DNA of 64,000 bases from a virus (taxonomy: Duplodnaviria; Caudoviricetes): IMG/VR virus record IMGVR_UViG_3300012016_000004, positions 8,009 through 72,008 of that record; one strand, 5' to 3'. Positions 9,282-18,265 of this stretch are shown in pieces. The notes under the pieces are model-generated. The model searched no databases. It was not told the DNA's origin and was given only the letters and a program-made list of their open reading frames with translations. Positions within the stretch are counted from its first letter, which is position 1. Each line of letters begins with the position of its first letter. Made by a program: the position numbers and the translations under genes.

Positions 9282-10415
9282 CTATTCAGCGGGTTCGCCA
9301 CCGTTCCAGTTGGTGACGTACTCCGTATTGAGGAAGTTGACGGTGCTGCGGTTGATGAGCACGCACTGCACGTAACCTTCGGCCAGAGTGACCTCCAGCA
9401 TCGGGTTGACCTGGGAGTAACGGGTCACCTTGTAGAAGGAGCCGTAGCTCTGCAGGGCCTCGGTGTTCCGCACCATGGGTACGGTCTTCCAGTAGGTCCA
9501 GCCCAGCTGGATGCTGGGAGCCAGGGTAACCACGTTCTCAGCCCAGGGCTTGATGGTGGTCACATTGCCTTCCTTGTCCTCGATACCGGCTTCGGTCTCA
9601 ATCACCACGATAGTGGGATAGCCCTGGGAACGCATGAAGGCGTTCACGGCTTCGAGGGTCACGGAGTTCTGGGTCAGGATCATCGACTTGCCGGTGAGGG
9701 CGTTGTAGCCGGAGAGCTTCTGCATGGTGGCCTTCTGGGCGCAGAGGTGCTCGAAAGCAGCCTGCTCCATGATGGCGTAGCGGAGGGTCTTGCCGAGCTT
9801 ACGCATCGCTTTGTAGCGATTGGCGATGTCGGAGATGCCGTCGGCCTGGTCGTGGTTGCTCCATACGACGGGAACGCCGTTGAAGTTCTCGGCAGGCACG
9901 TTGAAGTTGATGATGTCGGCGGTGGCGTTCTCGCCGTCGATGACGGCCGGGAAGTCCTGGACACCGTGGGAGCCGATTCGGCAGGAATCGACCTCAATCT
10001 TGGTGTCCATACCCTCGTTCACATACGCGACATCGTCGTAAATCATGTCAACGAGCTCCATCTTTGCGGAGTTATCCTCGCCTTCCGGCAGGGATGCAAC
10101 GATGGCTTCGAGGTCGTTGTACTCGTTGATGACTTCTTCGTCCTGCTCACGGGAGATGGCCACCTTGCCGAGCTTGCCGCTCCAGGAACCCACAGTCTTG
10201 CGGGTCTTCACCGGAGCCTTCACGTTGAAGGCAATCTTATCGGCGGAGATGGGAACACCCTCCTTACCTGCCAGGGACTTGATGTCGAACTTGGAGGTAG
10301 GACGGAGCGGGAAGAACGTGGGCCATACCTTACCGGCACCAACCTCGTAGGAATCGATCTCAGCCTGCATGGAAGGCTGGTCGATGTCGAAAATGGGCTT
10401 ATGCATATCAGCCAT
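9282..10415 (-). CDS. Major capsid protein
   Basis: 377 aa; strong G/C-ending codon bias; lies after scaffold and decoration genes; major capsid E-like layout. Confidence 0.8.
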   Translation of the reverse strand: MADMHKPIFDIDQPSMQAEIDSYEVGAGKVWPTFFPLRPTSKFDIKSLAGKEGVPISADKIAFNVKAPVKTRKTVGSWSGKLGKVAISREQDEEVINEYNDLEAIVASLPEGEDNSAKMELVDMIYDDVAYVNEGMDTKIEVDSCRIGSHGVQDFPAVIDGENATADIINFNVPAENFNGVPVVWSNHDQADGISDIANRYKAMRKLGKTLRYAIMEQAAFEHLCAQKATMQKLSGYNALTGKSMILTQNSVTLEAVNAFMRSQGYPTIVVIETEAGIEDKEGNVTTIKPWAENVVTLAPSIQLGWTYWKTVPMVRNTEALQSYGSFYKVTRYSQVNPMLEVTLAEGYVQCVLINRSTVNFLNTEYVTNWNGGEPAE

Positions 10416-10439
10416 AGTAAATTCTCCACTCCTTTAGGG

Positions 10440-11018
10440 TTAAACCAGGGAAATGCCCTTCATCATGTCTGCGATTTCCGCAGGGAAAAGGGCGGTCTCT
10501 TTGCGAACGTTGGCGCCGTTCACGAGCTTGGCCAGCTCATCGCCGCAGTTGGCGGGCAGGAACGTGCCGAGCACGAAAACAGGGGCAACCTTGGGTTCGG
10601 CAAGGACTGCGGGGTCATCGCCGGAGGCTTCAGCGGAAGCGGCCTTAGCCTGGTACAGAACTGCGCCTTTCTCGACTGCCACACCGAGGGTGGCGGTCAG
10701 AATGTCGTAGTCTGCGTGGGTGGTATCGATGGCGGTGATGGCGACGGCAACGCCGCTCTCGCCAACTCCGGAACCGACAAATTCACCAACGGCGAAGCCG
10801 TGGTCCTTGGCGACCTTGATGGTCGTGGATTCTGTGGTGATGGCTTCCACGAGGCGAGCACCTTTGAGGCACACGCCGTCAGCGGAAACAGCCAGACCGG
10901 GATGACGGTCATAGGCTGCGTTCTTAACGAGACCACCACCAACCTTCTCGGCGAAGATTTGGTCGAAGATGACCGGCTGCTTAGCCGGGGCTTCATTGTA
11001 GTGGAAATTCTTGTCCAT
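10440..11018 (-). CDS. Head decoration / capsid accessory protein
   Basis: 192 aa between scaffold and capsid genes; Ala/Val/Gly-rich. Confidence 0.55.
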   Translation of the reverse strand: MDKNFHYNEAPAKQPVIFDQIFAEKVGGGLVKNAAYDRHPGLAVSADGVCLKGARLVEAITTESTTIKVAKDHGFAVGEFVGSGVGESGVAVAITAIDTTHADYDILTATLGVAVEKGAVLYQAKAASAEASGDDPAVLAEPKVAPVFVLGTFLPANCGDELAKLVNGANVRKETALFPAEIADMMKGISLV

Positions 11019-11064
11019 CTTTGAACAGAGTGTTAACGGTTAAACTTTGCCGTCGCACTGCTGC

Positions 11065-11802
11065 CTACTTCTTTGGTTCGAGACCACGGATTGAGGCACC
11101 AGGCTGTCCGGCTTTCTTTCTGCGCTCAATGCGAGCATTGACTGCCTCACTGGGTTTGTCTCCGGTAGGAGTTCCAGTCTTGGGAGGACGCACACTTGTG
11201 AGAGAGCCAATCTTGAGCTTCTTGCTCATAGCTTCCCAACCTTCTTTGACCTCGGCTACGAATGAGTCAACATCCTCCTGCTTCTCGAACTTCTTGCCTT
11301 TCAGCATCAGTCCGTAGTAGGACTCGTCAACACCTTCGAGGGCAGCGATGGCTTTTTCGCGGAGAGTGGAATCCGTGCGTTCGCTGACCAGGCGTTTGTT
11401 CTCGGATTCCAGCTCGGAGATTCGCTTTTCCTGGTCGGCCTTGTACTGTTTGAACCATTCCGGTTCTTTCTTCTCGGCCTCCTTACGGCGCTCCTCCTCT
11501 TCCTTCGCTTTGCGTGCGGCTTCTTCTTTAGCCTTGCGCTCAGCCTCCTCTTCCTCCTTAGTCTTGGTGGGATGGTCTTTCTCAAATTGCGCCTTCAACC
11601 GTTCGTATGACCGATTGGCCGCACTCTGTGAAAGTTTCAGAAATGGAAGATGGTTGTCAACTACTTTGTCAACTTCTTCCTGGGTTGCTTCTTCTGGATG
11701 AAGCTTTGCGATGTTTTCGCTGGCTTCCCTGAGTTCTTCCTCACTGAACCCGTACGAAGCTGCTTTCGGTTTCAGTGCATCGAGGACTTGTTGAGTCTCC
11801 AT
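11065..11802 (-). CDS. Capsid scaffolding protein
   Basis: 245 aa, highly charged coiled coil (EEEAERKAKEEAARKAKEEE); first gene of the head operon. Confidence 0.7.
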   Translation of the reverse strand: METQQVLDALKPKAASYGFSEEELREASENIAKLHPEEATQEEVDKVVDNHLPFLKLSQSAANRSYERLKAQFEKDHPTKTKEEEEAERKAKEEAARKAKEEEERRKEAEKKEPEWFKQYKADQEKRISELESENKRLVSERTDSTLREKAIAALEGVDESYYGLMLKGKKFEKQEDVDSFVAEVKEGWEAMSKKLKIGSLTSVRPPKTGTPTGDKPSEAVNARIERRKKAGQPGASIRGLEPKK

Positions 11803-11914
11803 AAATTTACTTTCGTTAAATTTTTAATAAAAACTGGGGCGGCCACACGAATCGGAGACAGCCCCAGCGAAGTAAGTTTTACGAGACTTAGCCTGCGAAT
11901 CGGGTAGCTCGGCG

Positions 11915-11952
11915 CAAATATAAGCAAAACCGTTGCGATTTGCAACGGTTTT
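11915..11952 (-). promoter_or_regulatory. Head-operon promoter (-7 TATATTTG) with a perfect 11-bp-arm inverted repeat just upstream
   Basis: caaatata at 11915-11922 matches the Bacteroidota TAnnTTTG -7 element; AAAACCGTTGC-gattt-GCAACGGTTTT at 11926-11952. Confidence 0.6.
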
Positions 11953-12066
11953 AGGGAAAATTTTTTTCGCTTCCTTCCGAAAGCAAGAAATCCAAATAAC
12001 CAACAGACGGTCAGAACGACCTAATTCGCAGACTCGCGTGGAAGCTCTCGAATCTTCCCTTTGATG

Positions 12067-12408
12067 CTATCTCTGGACTGGAGGAGCGATAACATTGAAA
12101 TCAGTTACGACCACCTCGTAGCCGTACCTCTCCGTTCCGTCCTGGGCAGTGAACTTATAGTTTCGGATTCGCCCGACCACGCTGACATTGGCCCCTTTCT
12201 CGATGGTCTCTACACTTTCCATCTGAGGATAGGGCTGCTGCCAAACGATGCAGTTGAACCACTGGACGTCAACTATCTGATTGCCATCCTTGTCATTGTA
12301 AGTGCGCTCTGTGCAGAGAGAGAAGCGACATGCCTTACGATTTCCATAGGTGGATACTTCGGCGCGACCCACCACCCCGCGCAATTCGATTTTGTTCAAA
12401 TATTCCAT
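12067..12408 (-). CDS. ssb: Single-stranded DNA-binding protein
   Basis: MEYLNKIELRGVVGR...FSLCTERTY.DKDG...WFNCIVW OB-fold motif; start moved to 12408. Confidence 0.85.
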   Translation of the reverse strand: MEYLNKIELRGVVGRAEVSTYGNRKACRFSLCTERTYNDKDGNQIVDVQWFNCIVWQQPYPQMESVETIEKGANVSVVGRIRNYKFTAQDGTERYGYEVVVTDFNVIAPPVQR

Positions 12409-12409
12409 A

Positions 12410-12790
12410 TCAGTTCTGTACTTTATACGTTCTTTCATCAGAGAATGAGAACCAGCAGCCGTTTCCGATGACAACGACATCTGTAAGGCTCATCTGGACC
12501 GACCGGAGCATATTGGTAATGCCGGCCACCGATTCAATCTCCTTGGATGTCGGCTCCGGTGTGTTACGTGCAGTATCATAGACGAGAATGACTGACCTGC
12601 AGTCCGGATTGTCAATGGCTTTGACGACCGGCGAATGATAGTCGGCCAGCAGGTCTCCGACAGTGTGGTCTGTGCCGATGACCTCGTACTGGGAGTTGAG
12701 CATGACTGCCGAAATGATTCCGGCATCGTGATTCTGGTGATACCGACCAACCAGGTCGAACACGTTCTTGGAGCATGTAATCTTTTCCAT
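12410..12790 (-). CDS. RadC-like JAB domain protein, degenerate (no HNHP metal motif)
   Basis: VILVYDTARNTPEPTSKE...MSLTDVVVIG aligns to the RadC pattern ILVHNHPSG...PS..D...LLDHIIIG. Confidence 0.6.
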   Translation of the reverse strand: MEKITCSKNVFDLVGRYHQNHDAGIISAVMLNSQYEVIGTDHTVGDLLADYHSPVVKAIDNPDCRSVILVYDTARNTPEPTSKEIESVAGITNMLRSVQMSLTDVVVIGNGCWFSFSDERTYKVQN

Positions 12791-13402
12791 CTACTTAACC
12801 TCCGCAATCTTGGTTAATTCATCAACGATACGGCGCCATTCTTCGGTGCGCCAGACGAGATTCTCCTCTGCCTTATTGGTGCCTGGGGCTGTGATGATGT
12901 CAATGGCATCCATCAAGTCATTCGGAGCATAGACATTGGATGGGAGCAGGCTGGCAGTCTGAATGGCCAGCTGGAAGGGCATCAGGAACTTCGAGAAGTC
13001 CGACTTTGAGAACTGATAGACATCGTAGCCGGATACTCCGTATGGACTGCGAATGCTTCCGTCAAGACCCAGCTCTCCGATAATGCAGAGTGAGCTGGTC
13101 ATGTACTTCGTTTCTATCTGGCCGGATGCCAGCAGGAGCGCTATTGCAATCGGGAGGTCGAAGCCGGAGCCGAACGCCGTGGCATTGCCATAGACCGACT
13201 CAATGACGATGACCACCTTCTTTCCTGGGATGCGATAGCCTTTGGCCTCGATGGCGGTAACTGTGCGTAGCAGACTTTCTTTGACGGCCTGGTCTGCGAG
13301 ACCGATAAGGTGGATGCCGATGCCGGGCGCGACCTCGCAACTGACTTTGAATTGGCGGTAATGCTGGCCGATTCTGATGACTGAGTGAACTATTGCTTGC
13401 AT
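12791..13402 (-). CDS. Stand-alone N-terminal domain of ComM/YifB (Mg-chelatase-like), lacking the AAA+ ATPase
   Basis: GIHLIGLADQAVKES...GSGFDLPIAIALLLASGQI...IIGELGLDGSIR; stops at about 200 aa. Confidence 0.75.
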   Translation of the reverse strand: MQAIVHSVIRIGQHYRQFKVSCEVAPGIGIHLIGLADQAVKESLLRTVTAIEAKGYRIPGKKVVIVIESVYGNATAFGSGFDLPIAIALLLASGQIETKYMTSSLCIIGELGLDGSIRSPYGVSGYDVYQFSKSDFSKFLMPFQLAIQTASLLPSNVYAPNDLMDAIDIITAPGTNKAEENLVWRTEEWRRIVDELTKIAEVK

Positions 13403-13412
13403 AACTTTCTTA

Positions 13413-13748
13413 CTATTTGTCATTATAAACTCTGATACCGAAACTACCGAGATAGCGCTGGAATTCTTCCTCGTCTCTGCAAAGCCCGTGAACATCTACG
13501 ATGGCTTCCTTCATCTGTCCGTATAGGATGGAGTTCGAATGATAGCTCTCCGCGAGAACGATGAATCCTCCGTCTTCATAGGGGCGAGCAGTGATGAGGC
13601 CATCCTCATCAAGACCGAAGACTTCGATATGCCCAACTTCATCCATCTTAAGGACATAGGCAATCAGCCGGACGATGTGCTGGTATTCAGAATCGAAGGC
13701 GACCTTTGGCTCATTGAACTGAACGGTCTGCATTGATACTAAGTTCAT
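13413..13748 (-). CDS. Hypothetical protein
   Basis: 111 aa ORF tightly packed in the minus-strand array. Confidence 0.55.
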   Translation of the reverse strand: MNLVSMQTVQFNEPKVAFDSEYQHIVRLIAYVLKMDEVGHIEVFGLDEDGLITARPYEDGGFIVLAESYHSNSILYGQMKEAIVDVHGLCRDEEEFQRYLGSFGIRVYNDK

Positions 13749-13750
13749 GG

Positions 13751-14032
13751 CTACTCCTCCGCTATCTTTTGCCCGGCCTTGGTCTGGCGGTTATCCTTGA
13801 ATGCATCCGGCTCAATGATTTCCCAAACCTTGCAGCAAACTCCGATGACGATCATCCATAGGATGCGTTCGATGACGAACCAGGCGCCGGAGAATACGCC
13901 AAACATCTTGTCTGCCCAGTTGTACCATTCTTCGGTAGGTTCTCCTACCACACCGCAGAATGCGTAGAATCCGATGAGGAATAGAGCCACTTTCAGCAGG
14001 CCCTTTCCGATTGTGATAACTGTCTTCTTCAT
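13751..14032 (-). CDS. Small membrane protein
   Basis: 93 aa with two hydrophobic segments; preceded by a start-associated motif variant. Confidence 0.6.
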   Translation of the reverse strand: MKKTVITIGKGLLKVALFLIGFYAFCGVVGEPTEEWYNWADKMFGVFSGAWFVIERILWMIVIGVCCKVWEIIEPDAFKDNRQTKAGQKIAEE

Positions 14033-14055
14033 ATACTTACTTTCTTATTTGGTTC

Positions 14056-14322
14056 TTACTTCGTGAGGGGGTGAGCGATCAGTCGCTCGTCAAGGTCATC
14101 GGCCCAATACTTCAACAGACCGTGAAAGTGCTGAGCCACATTCCATAGATTCAAGCGGCCCTCTACCCGCATCCCTATCGTATCTATCCATCCGTGCTCG
14201 AATGGGTTGTAGCCTTCGTTCAGCTCCTCATCGCTGGCCTTGAACGTGACATACCAAACGTGGAGCAGTATCTCCTTGACCTCCAGCCTGGTCTTCATGG
14301 CTTCGTAAACTTCCTTCTTCAT
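14056..14322 (-). CDS. Hypothetical protein
   Basis: 88 aa; 4-nt overlap with the upstream gene. Confidence 0.55.
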   Translation of the reverse strand: MKKEVYEAMKTRLEVKEILLHVWYVTFKASDEELNEGYNPFEHGWIDTIGMRVEGRLNLWNVAQHFHGLLKYWADDLDERLIAHPLTK

Positions 14323-14603
14323 AGCTCAATATCTTTTGTTTTGATAGCGACTTTCACCGTGTCCAGCAGGTTCATTCTGATGGTCTTTGGCGTTGCATAT
14401 CCTTTGCAAAGACCGTTGATATACAGCTCCATCGTCCGGTCTTCCATATCGACTATTTCAACTCTGATTCGATTGCCTTTCTTGCGAAGATAGAAGGCAG
14501 CATTGGTATTGAGCACCTCCGGGCGAGTCAAGCTCCCCCCGGTCTTCTCTGCGTATTCCTGCATGGGAATCGTATAGCTCCAGACATCAGCGAATGTGAA
14601 CAT
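14319..14603 (-). CDS. Hypothetical protein
   Basis: 94 aa, operonic spacing. Confidence 0.55.
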   Translation of the reverse strand: MFTFADVWSYTIPMQEYAEKTGGSLTRPEVLNTNAAFYLRKKGNRIRVEIVDMEDRTMELYINGLCKGYATPKTIRMNLLDTVKVAIKTKDIEL

Positions 14604-14615
14604 GTCTCGTCCTCC

Positions 14616-14849
14616 TTATTTCAAGATGCATACAATAGCGTCCTGCAACTCCGGACAGAACTGACGGCTACTAAGAATGGACATACCCATCTCCAGAATG
14701 GCATCTTCTTCGTCTTCTTCTTTGAGTGTAAACCAAGACCGGGGAGCGCCGGTCTCTTTCATTGCGCCGGCGATGAACCGCTCAGCACTTTCTTTGCTTT
14801 TGAACTGGAGTGGAGCCTTACGGCCTTTCAGATAGACTTTAGTCTTCAT
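14616..14849 (-). CDS. Hypothetical protein
   Basis: 77 aa; first gene after a promoter plus start-associated motif cassette. Confidence 0.6.
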   Translation of the reverse strand: MKTKVYLKGRKAPLQFKSKESAERFIAGAMKETGAPRSWFTLKEEDEEDAILEMGMSILSSRQFCPELQDAIVCILK

Positions 14850-15075
14850 AACTTGCTTACTTTCGTTTTGTTGTTGGTGTTATTTGGTACTGTAAAGATA
14901 GTCATTATTTGGGAATTATCCAAATTTAATCGCTTAATTTACAATAAATTACACAAGTTTTTTGCAGTCAGACTTTAGGCCGAGAAGATGAGTTGTCCGA
15001 CCATTTCGGACAACTTGACCGGAGCCTCAAACAAGTCCGGGGACTAAGATGGGACCAAGTTGCCATGATTCCATG

Positions 15076-15108
15076 AAAAACGGAGGCGCACTTCACAGCG
15101 GGCCTCCG
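15076..15108 (-). terminator. Intrinsic terminator
   Basis: Minus strand CGGAGGC...GCCTCCG hairpin followed by TTTTT. Confidence 0.55.
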
Positions 15109-15286
15109 AACCAAATAATAACCAACTGGAAAGCAAGTTCCAGAAGGGCTTGCAGCAGCCGCTCCAGGGTGGCGAATTTTTTAGTGTTCAGTTTTTTCGC
15201 ACCTGGGCGACTGACGGGAAATCACAACTTATTCATTATTAACTAATTAACATTTAACCTCTTTACTCTATCGGCCTAATCGGCGG

Positions 15287-15714
15287 TCAATCCCAGTAGG
15301 CATTGTTGGTCACGGTCAATCCTCCGAAGGGTGTTCCCCCGTACATGGAGCATTCCAAAGCCGTTCCAGTCATGTACGAAATCTCATCCGGATTGAACTG
15401 GAGAAAGTCGCGGATGTAGAGCTCAACGTTGTTCTCATACTTCTCGGCAATTTCGTTTTCGTCTGCCTTGACGAAGACCACCTCTCCTGCATTGTGGTCG
15501 AGGATGCAAATATCTATCATGGCTAAAACAGGTTTTCTGACTTGTCACACATGCTGGCAGAGAGTTTCCTCTTGTTCCAGTACAACTTCATGAAGCGCTT
15601 CTTGGCCTTTTCTGCGGCCTCCTGGTAGGTGTCTGCCTTGATATTGAAGAAGACATCGCGTGTGCCGGTATCTTCGACGGCCACCGTGTAGCTGTATTTC
15701 TTTTTCTGAGCCAT
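15287..15714 (-). CDS. Two small hypothetical proteins (15287-15520, 15523-15714)
   Basis: 77 and 63 aa ORFs with 2-nt spacing. Confidence 0.5.
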
Positions 15715-15716
15715 AG

Positions 15717-16295
15717 CTATTTGATTTCAATAACGGCCTCCTTCCACCGATTGAGCAGGTCCTGCATCATGGCCTTGCAATCCTCCATGTCTTTGATGAC
15801 TTCTCGCGGATCATCAGGCGCACCGTTAATTCCGTGGCCATCCACTGTCCATAGGGAGGCTTCATAGAACGGGTCGTAGCCTTCGATGTAGTCCTCAAGG
15901 CGTTCTATCATCTCCTGGGGCGTTTTCTTTTCAAGAATGATGGTGCAATTAAAGTCCTGCCCCTTGGGACTGAATTTCTCCATGTTGTAGTCACACATAG
16001 ATTCGTTGCCGTCCATAAAGACTTTCCATCCAAGTTCCTCGGCAATATCCGTCAGTCTTGCCATCCCATTGCGCTTGAAGGCGAAAATCGGTTCGACGTC
16101 GAGGGCCTTACAGTAATCTGCAAGCATAGTGAGAGTAATAGTCTCGGTACGACTATTTTCTATTTCCGAGATTCTTGAACGTGAAGTGCCAATCCGGCGG
16201 GCTACCTCTGTGATGGTAAGGCCCTGGCGCTCACGTTCCTTTATGAGAGCGGAGAGGACTCTTATTCTTAATTGTTCCGAATGCATGCTTCCCAT
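15717..16295 (-). CDS. XRE-type HTH protein fused to a domain of unknown function
   Basis: RERQGLTITEVARRIGTSRSRISEIEN...TLTMLADYCKALDV N-terminal HTH. Confidence 0.7.
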   Translation of the reverse strand: MGSMHSEQLRIRVLSALIKERERQGLTITEVARRIGTSRSRISEIENSRTETITLTMLADYCKALDVEPIFAFKRNGMARLTDIAEELGWKVFMDGNESMCDYNMEKFSPKGQDFNCTIILEKKTPQEMIERLEDYIEGYDPFYEASLWTVDGHGINGAPDDPREVIKDMEDCKAMMQDLLNRWKEAVIEIK

Positions 16296-16299
16296 ATCG

Positions 16300-16887
16300 C
16301 TATCCCTTTAATATGTCCCACAATTCAAGGATTACCACATTCTCTCCGAAGAACCACCATTTGAAGATAAACGCATCGTCTTCGTCTTCGAGGTCTGGGA
16401 ACTGGAGGAAGTTTCCGGATTCCCAATAGCATCCCTGGGCTTCTTCCTCGGCCCACTCCTTGAATGACTCTGTGGTGTTAACATCCTTCCATATGTTTTC
16501 AACGGACGGGCGTACGCGCTTATCAAGGTATTCCTCGTCATTGAACGTTTCCGGAAGTGCGTCATTCACCTTTCCGAACTTCCACGTGAGGTTCGGCTTC
16601 TGCATGAACGTTTCGAGGGAGACCTGGGGCAAGCCAAGTGAAGTCAGACCTCTATTCAAGTCCTGCAGATAGCCGTTGGCGGGGTCACGGAATTTCTTCA
16701 CATCGATTTCTTTTCGCACGCTCCATAAATCCGGGTCATCCACTTTGTCGGTTTTGAGCCTCCAGTGTTCGAGAGGAAGGCTTTCCAAAGCGGCCCAGTT
16801 TGCGAGTGTCTGCTGGAGATGGGTTGCAGATTGAGCGACCGTACTGAGGTCGTAGAGTGCCGTTTGGCTGAATCGGATACTACTCAT
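16300..16887 (-). CDS. Hypothetical protein
   Basis: MSSIRFSQ...; start moved to 16887. Confidence 0.55.
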   Translation of the reverse strand: MSSIRFSQTALYDLSTVAQSATHLQQTLANWAALESLPLEHWRLKTDKVDDPDLWSVRKEIDVKKFRDPANGYLQDLNRGLTSLGLPQVSLETFMQKPNLTWKFGKVNDALPETFNDEEYLDKRVRPSVENIWKDVNTTESFKEWAEEEAQGCYWESGNFLQFPDLEDEDDAFIFKWWFFGENVVILELWDILKG

Positions 16888-16888
16888 A

Positions 16889-17330
16889 TTACCTTCTGAT
16901 AACGCCGCCTCCTTTGCGCAGCTTTTCGGTTGCTTCCTTATCAACAGTCAGGCACTTCATGGGGATGACCGGTTCGAAGACCTGCACTTTGTTGCCGGGC
17001 AACTCTATATTACCGTACTTGACCTTGGCATAGCTGCCGAACAGACCTATGACCTCCGCAAGCTGGCCATCGTGCCGAGAGCCGGTGCCATGAATCTTTA
17101 CGGCCATGCCAACCTTGATTTCACTGTCCTCCGTGACTTTCAAACTCCTAATCATTGCGAACCCTCCTCTGGATTACGTGGAACGTGATGCCAGGATATT
17201 TCTTTTTCAGCTCATTCAGTGCCTTGCCGACCTCCGCCACCTGGTTGTCTTCGAAAGTCTGCTCGTCCTCCCACTTATGGGTGCGAGTGTCTCGGCGCTG
17301 AATTACGATGATGGTCTTCTTCTTGCTCAT
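16889..17330 (-). CDS. Two small hypothetical proteins (16889-17155, 17148-17330)
   Basis: 88 and 60 aa overlapping ORFs. Confidence 0.5.
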
Positions 17331-18254
17331 TTTGCGTAGTCGTATTGAAATTCGAACTTGATGCCTTCCGGCAGGAACACCTCGTCATCCCAGTCGGAAT
17401 GATCGTCCTCGCTGACCGAATCCACAAATGCCTGGAACTCCTCGCGTGTCCAGTGCTTGCAGTAGTGAGCGAAGCGCTCCTCCGTGTGATTGAACACGAC
17501 CGTATTCTTGTGCGTGTAGTAGATGATATTGTCAACGGTGCCGAGGCGGTCAAAGATGTAGAGAGAGACGGCCTTGTCAAGCACTGCCTCCTGCATTACC
17601 TTATCGTATCTGGAGACAATTCGGTCGCGCTCTTTCTCAAGTTTCTCGATGCGGGCCTTCTCCTCGCGTTCTGCGATGGCTTCTTTTTCCCAGTAGCCTT
17701 GTGCCAGGAGTGTCTCGACCTCTTGGCATTCTTCATCCGTGAGTGTGAGTGTGCGCTCCTCCTCCGGCTTGTATGGATTGACAAAGGTATCGCCGGACAA
17801 CTCCTCCAGGTGCTTGATGGCGGCATCGGCCGCTTTCTGCCAGCGGTCAACGATTCCCATCTTGAAAAGCTGATATTTGAAGTACCGCTTGTCCGCAGAG
17901 AGCTGCATGGCCTCGGCCTTGCTGATGTGGAGATAATCGGCAGCTTTTTCTGCCCCCCCCCTCCTTCAACCAGTAGATGCCGTTCTCGACGGCATACATC
18001 GGAACGCCGTGGCAGTTCGAGAGATGCAAGGCAACAAAATCCTTGAACTCCGGGAAATGCTTGAGGATGGTGTCGTGGATGCATCCTCCTTCATTATGAA
18101 TCCATCGGCCGTTTTCCTTGATATAGGTTTCTCCAGTGATGGCAAAATCACAATGACCATTGTGGCATTCATCATCGAGTCGGATTTCCACGACAATCTT
18201 CTTTCTGGAAGTCTCCTTCGTGGCGATGTGCATGATTCCGGTTTGTGTCTTCAT
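17327..18254 (-). pseudogene. Single hypothetical gene split by a frameshift in a G9 tract (17953-17961)
   Basis: ORF 17847-18254 reads ...YWLKEGGG; removing one G gives ...EGGAEKAADYLHISKAEAMQLSAD..., joining ORF 17327-17908. Confidence 0.7.
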
Positions 18255-18265
18255 GGCCGTTCCTC

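Noticed and set aside
11300-11600. Tandem repeats in the scaffold gene
   Set aside because: Low-complexity Glu/Lys/Ala coiled-coil codons, normal for scaffolding proteins.
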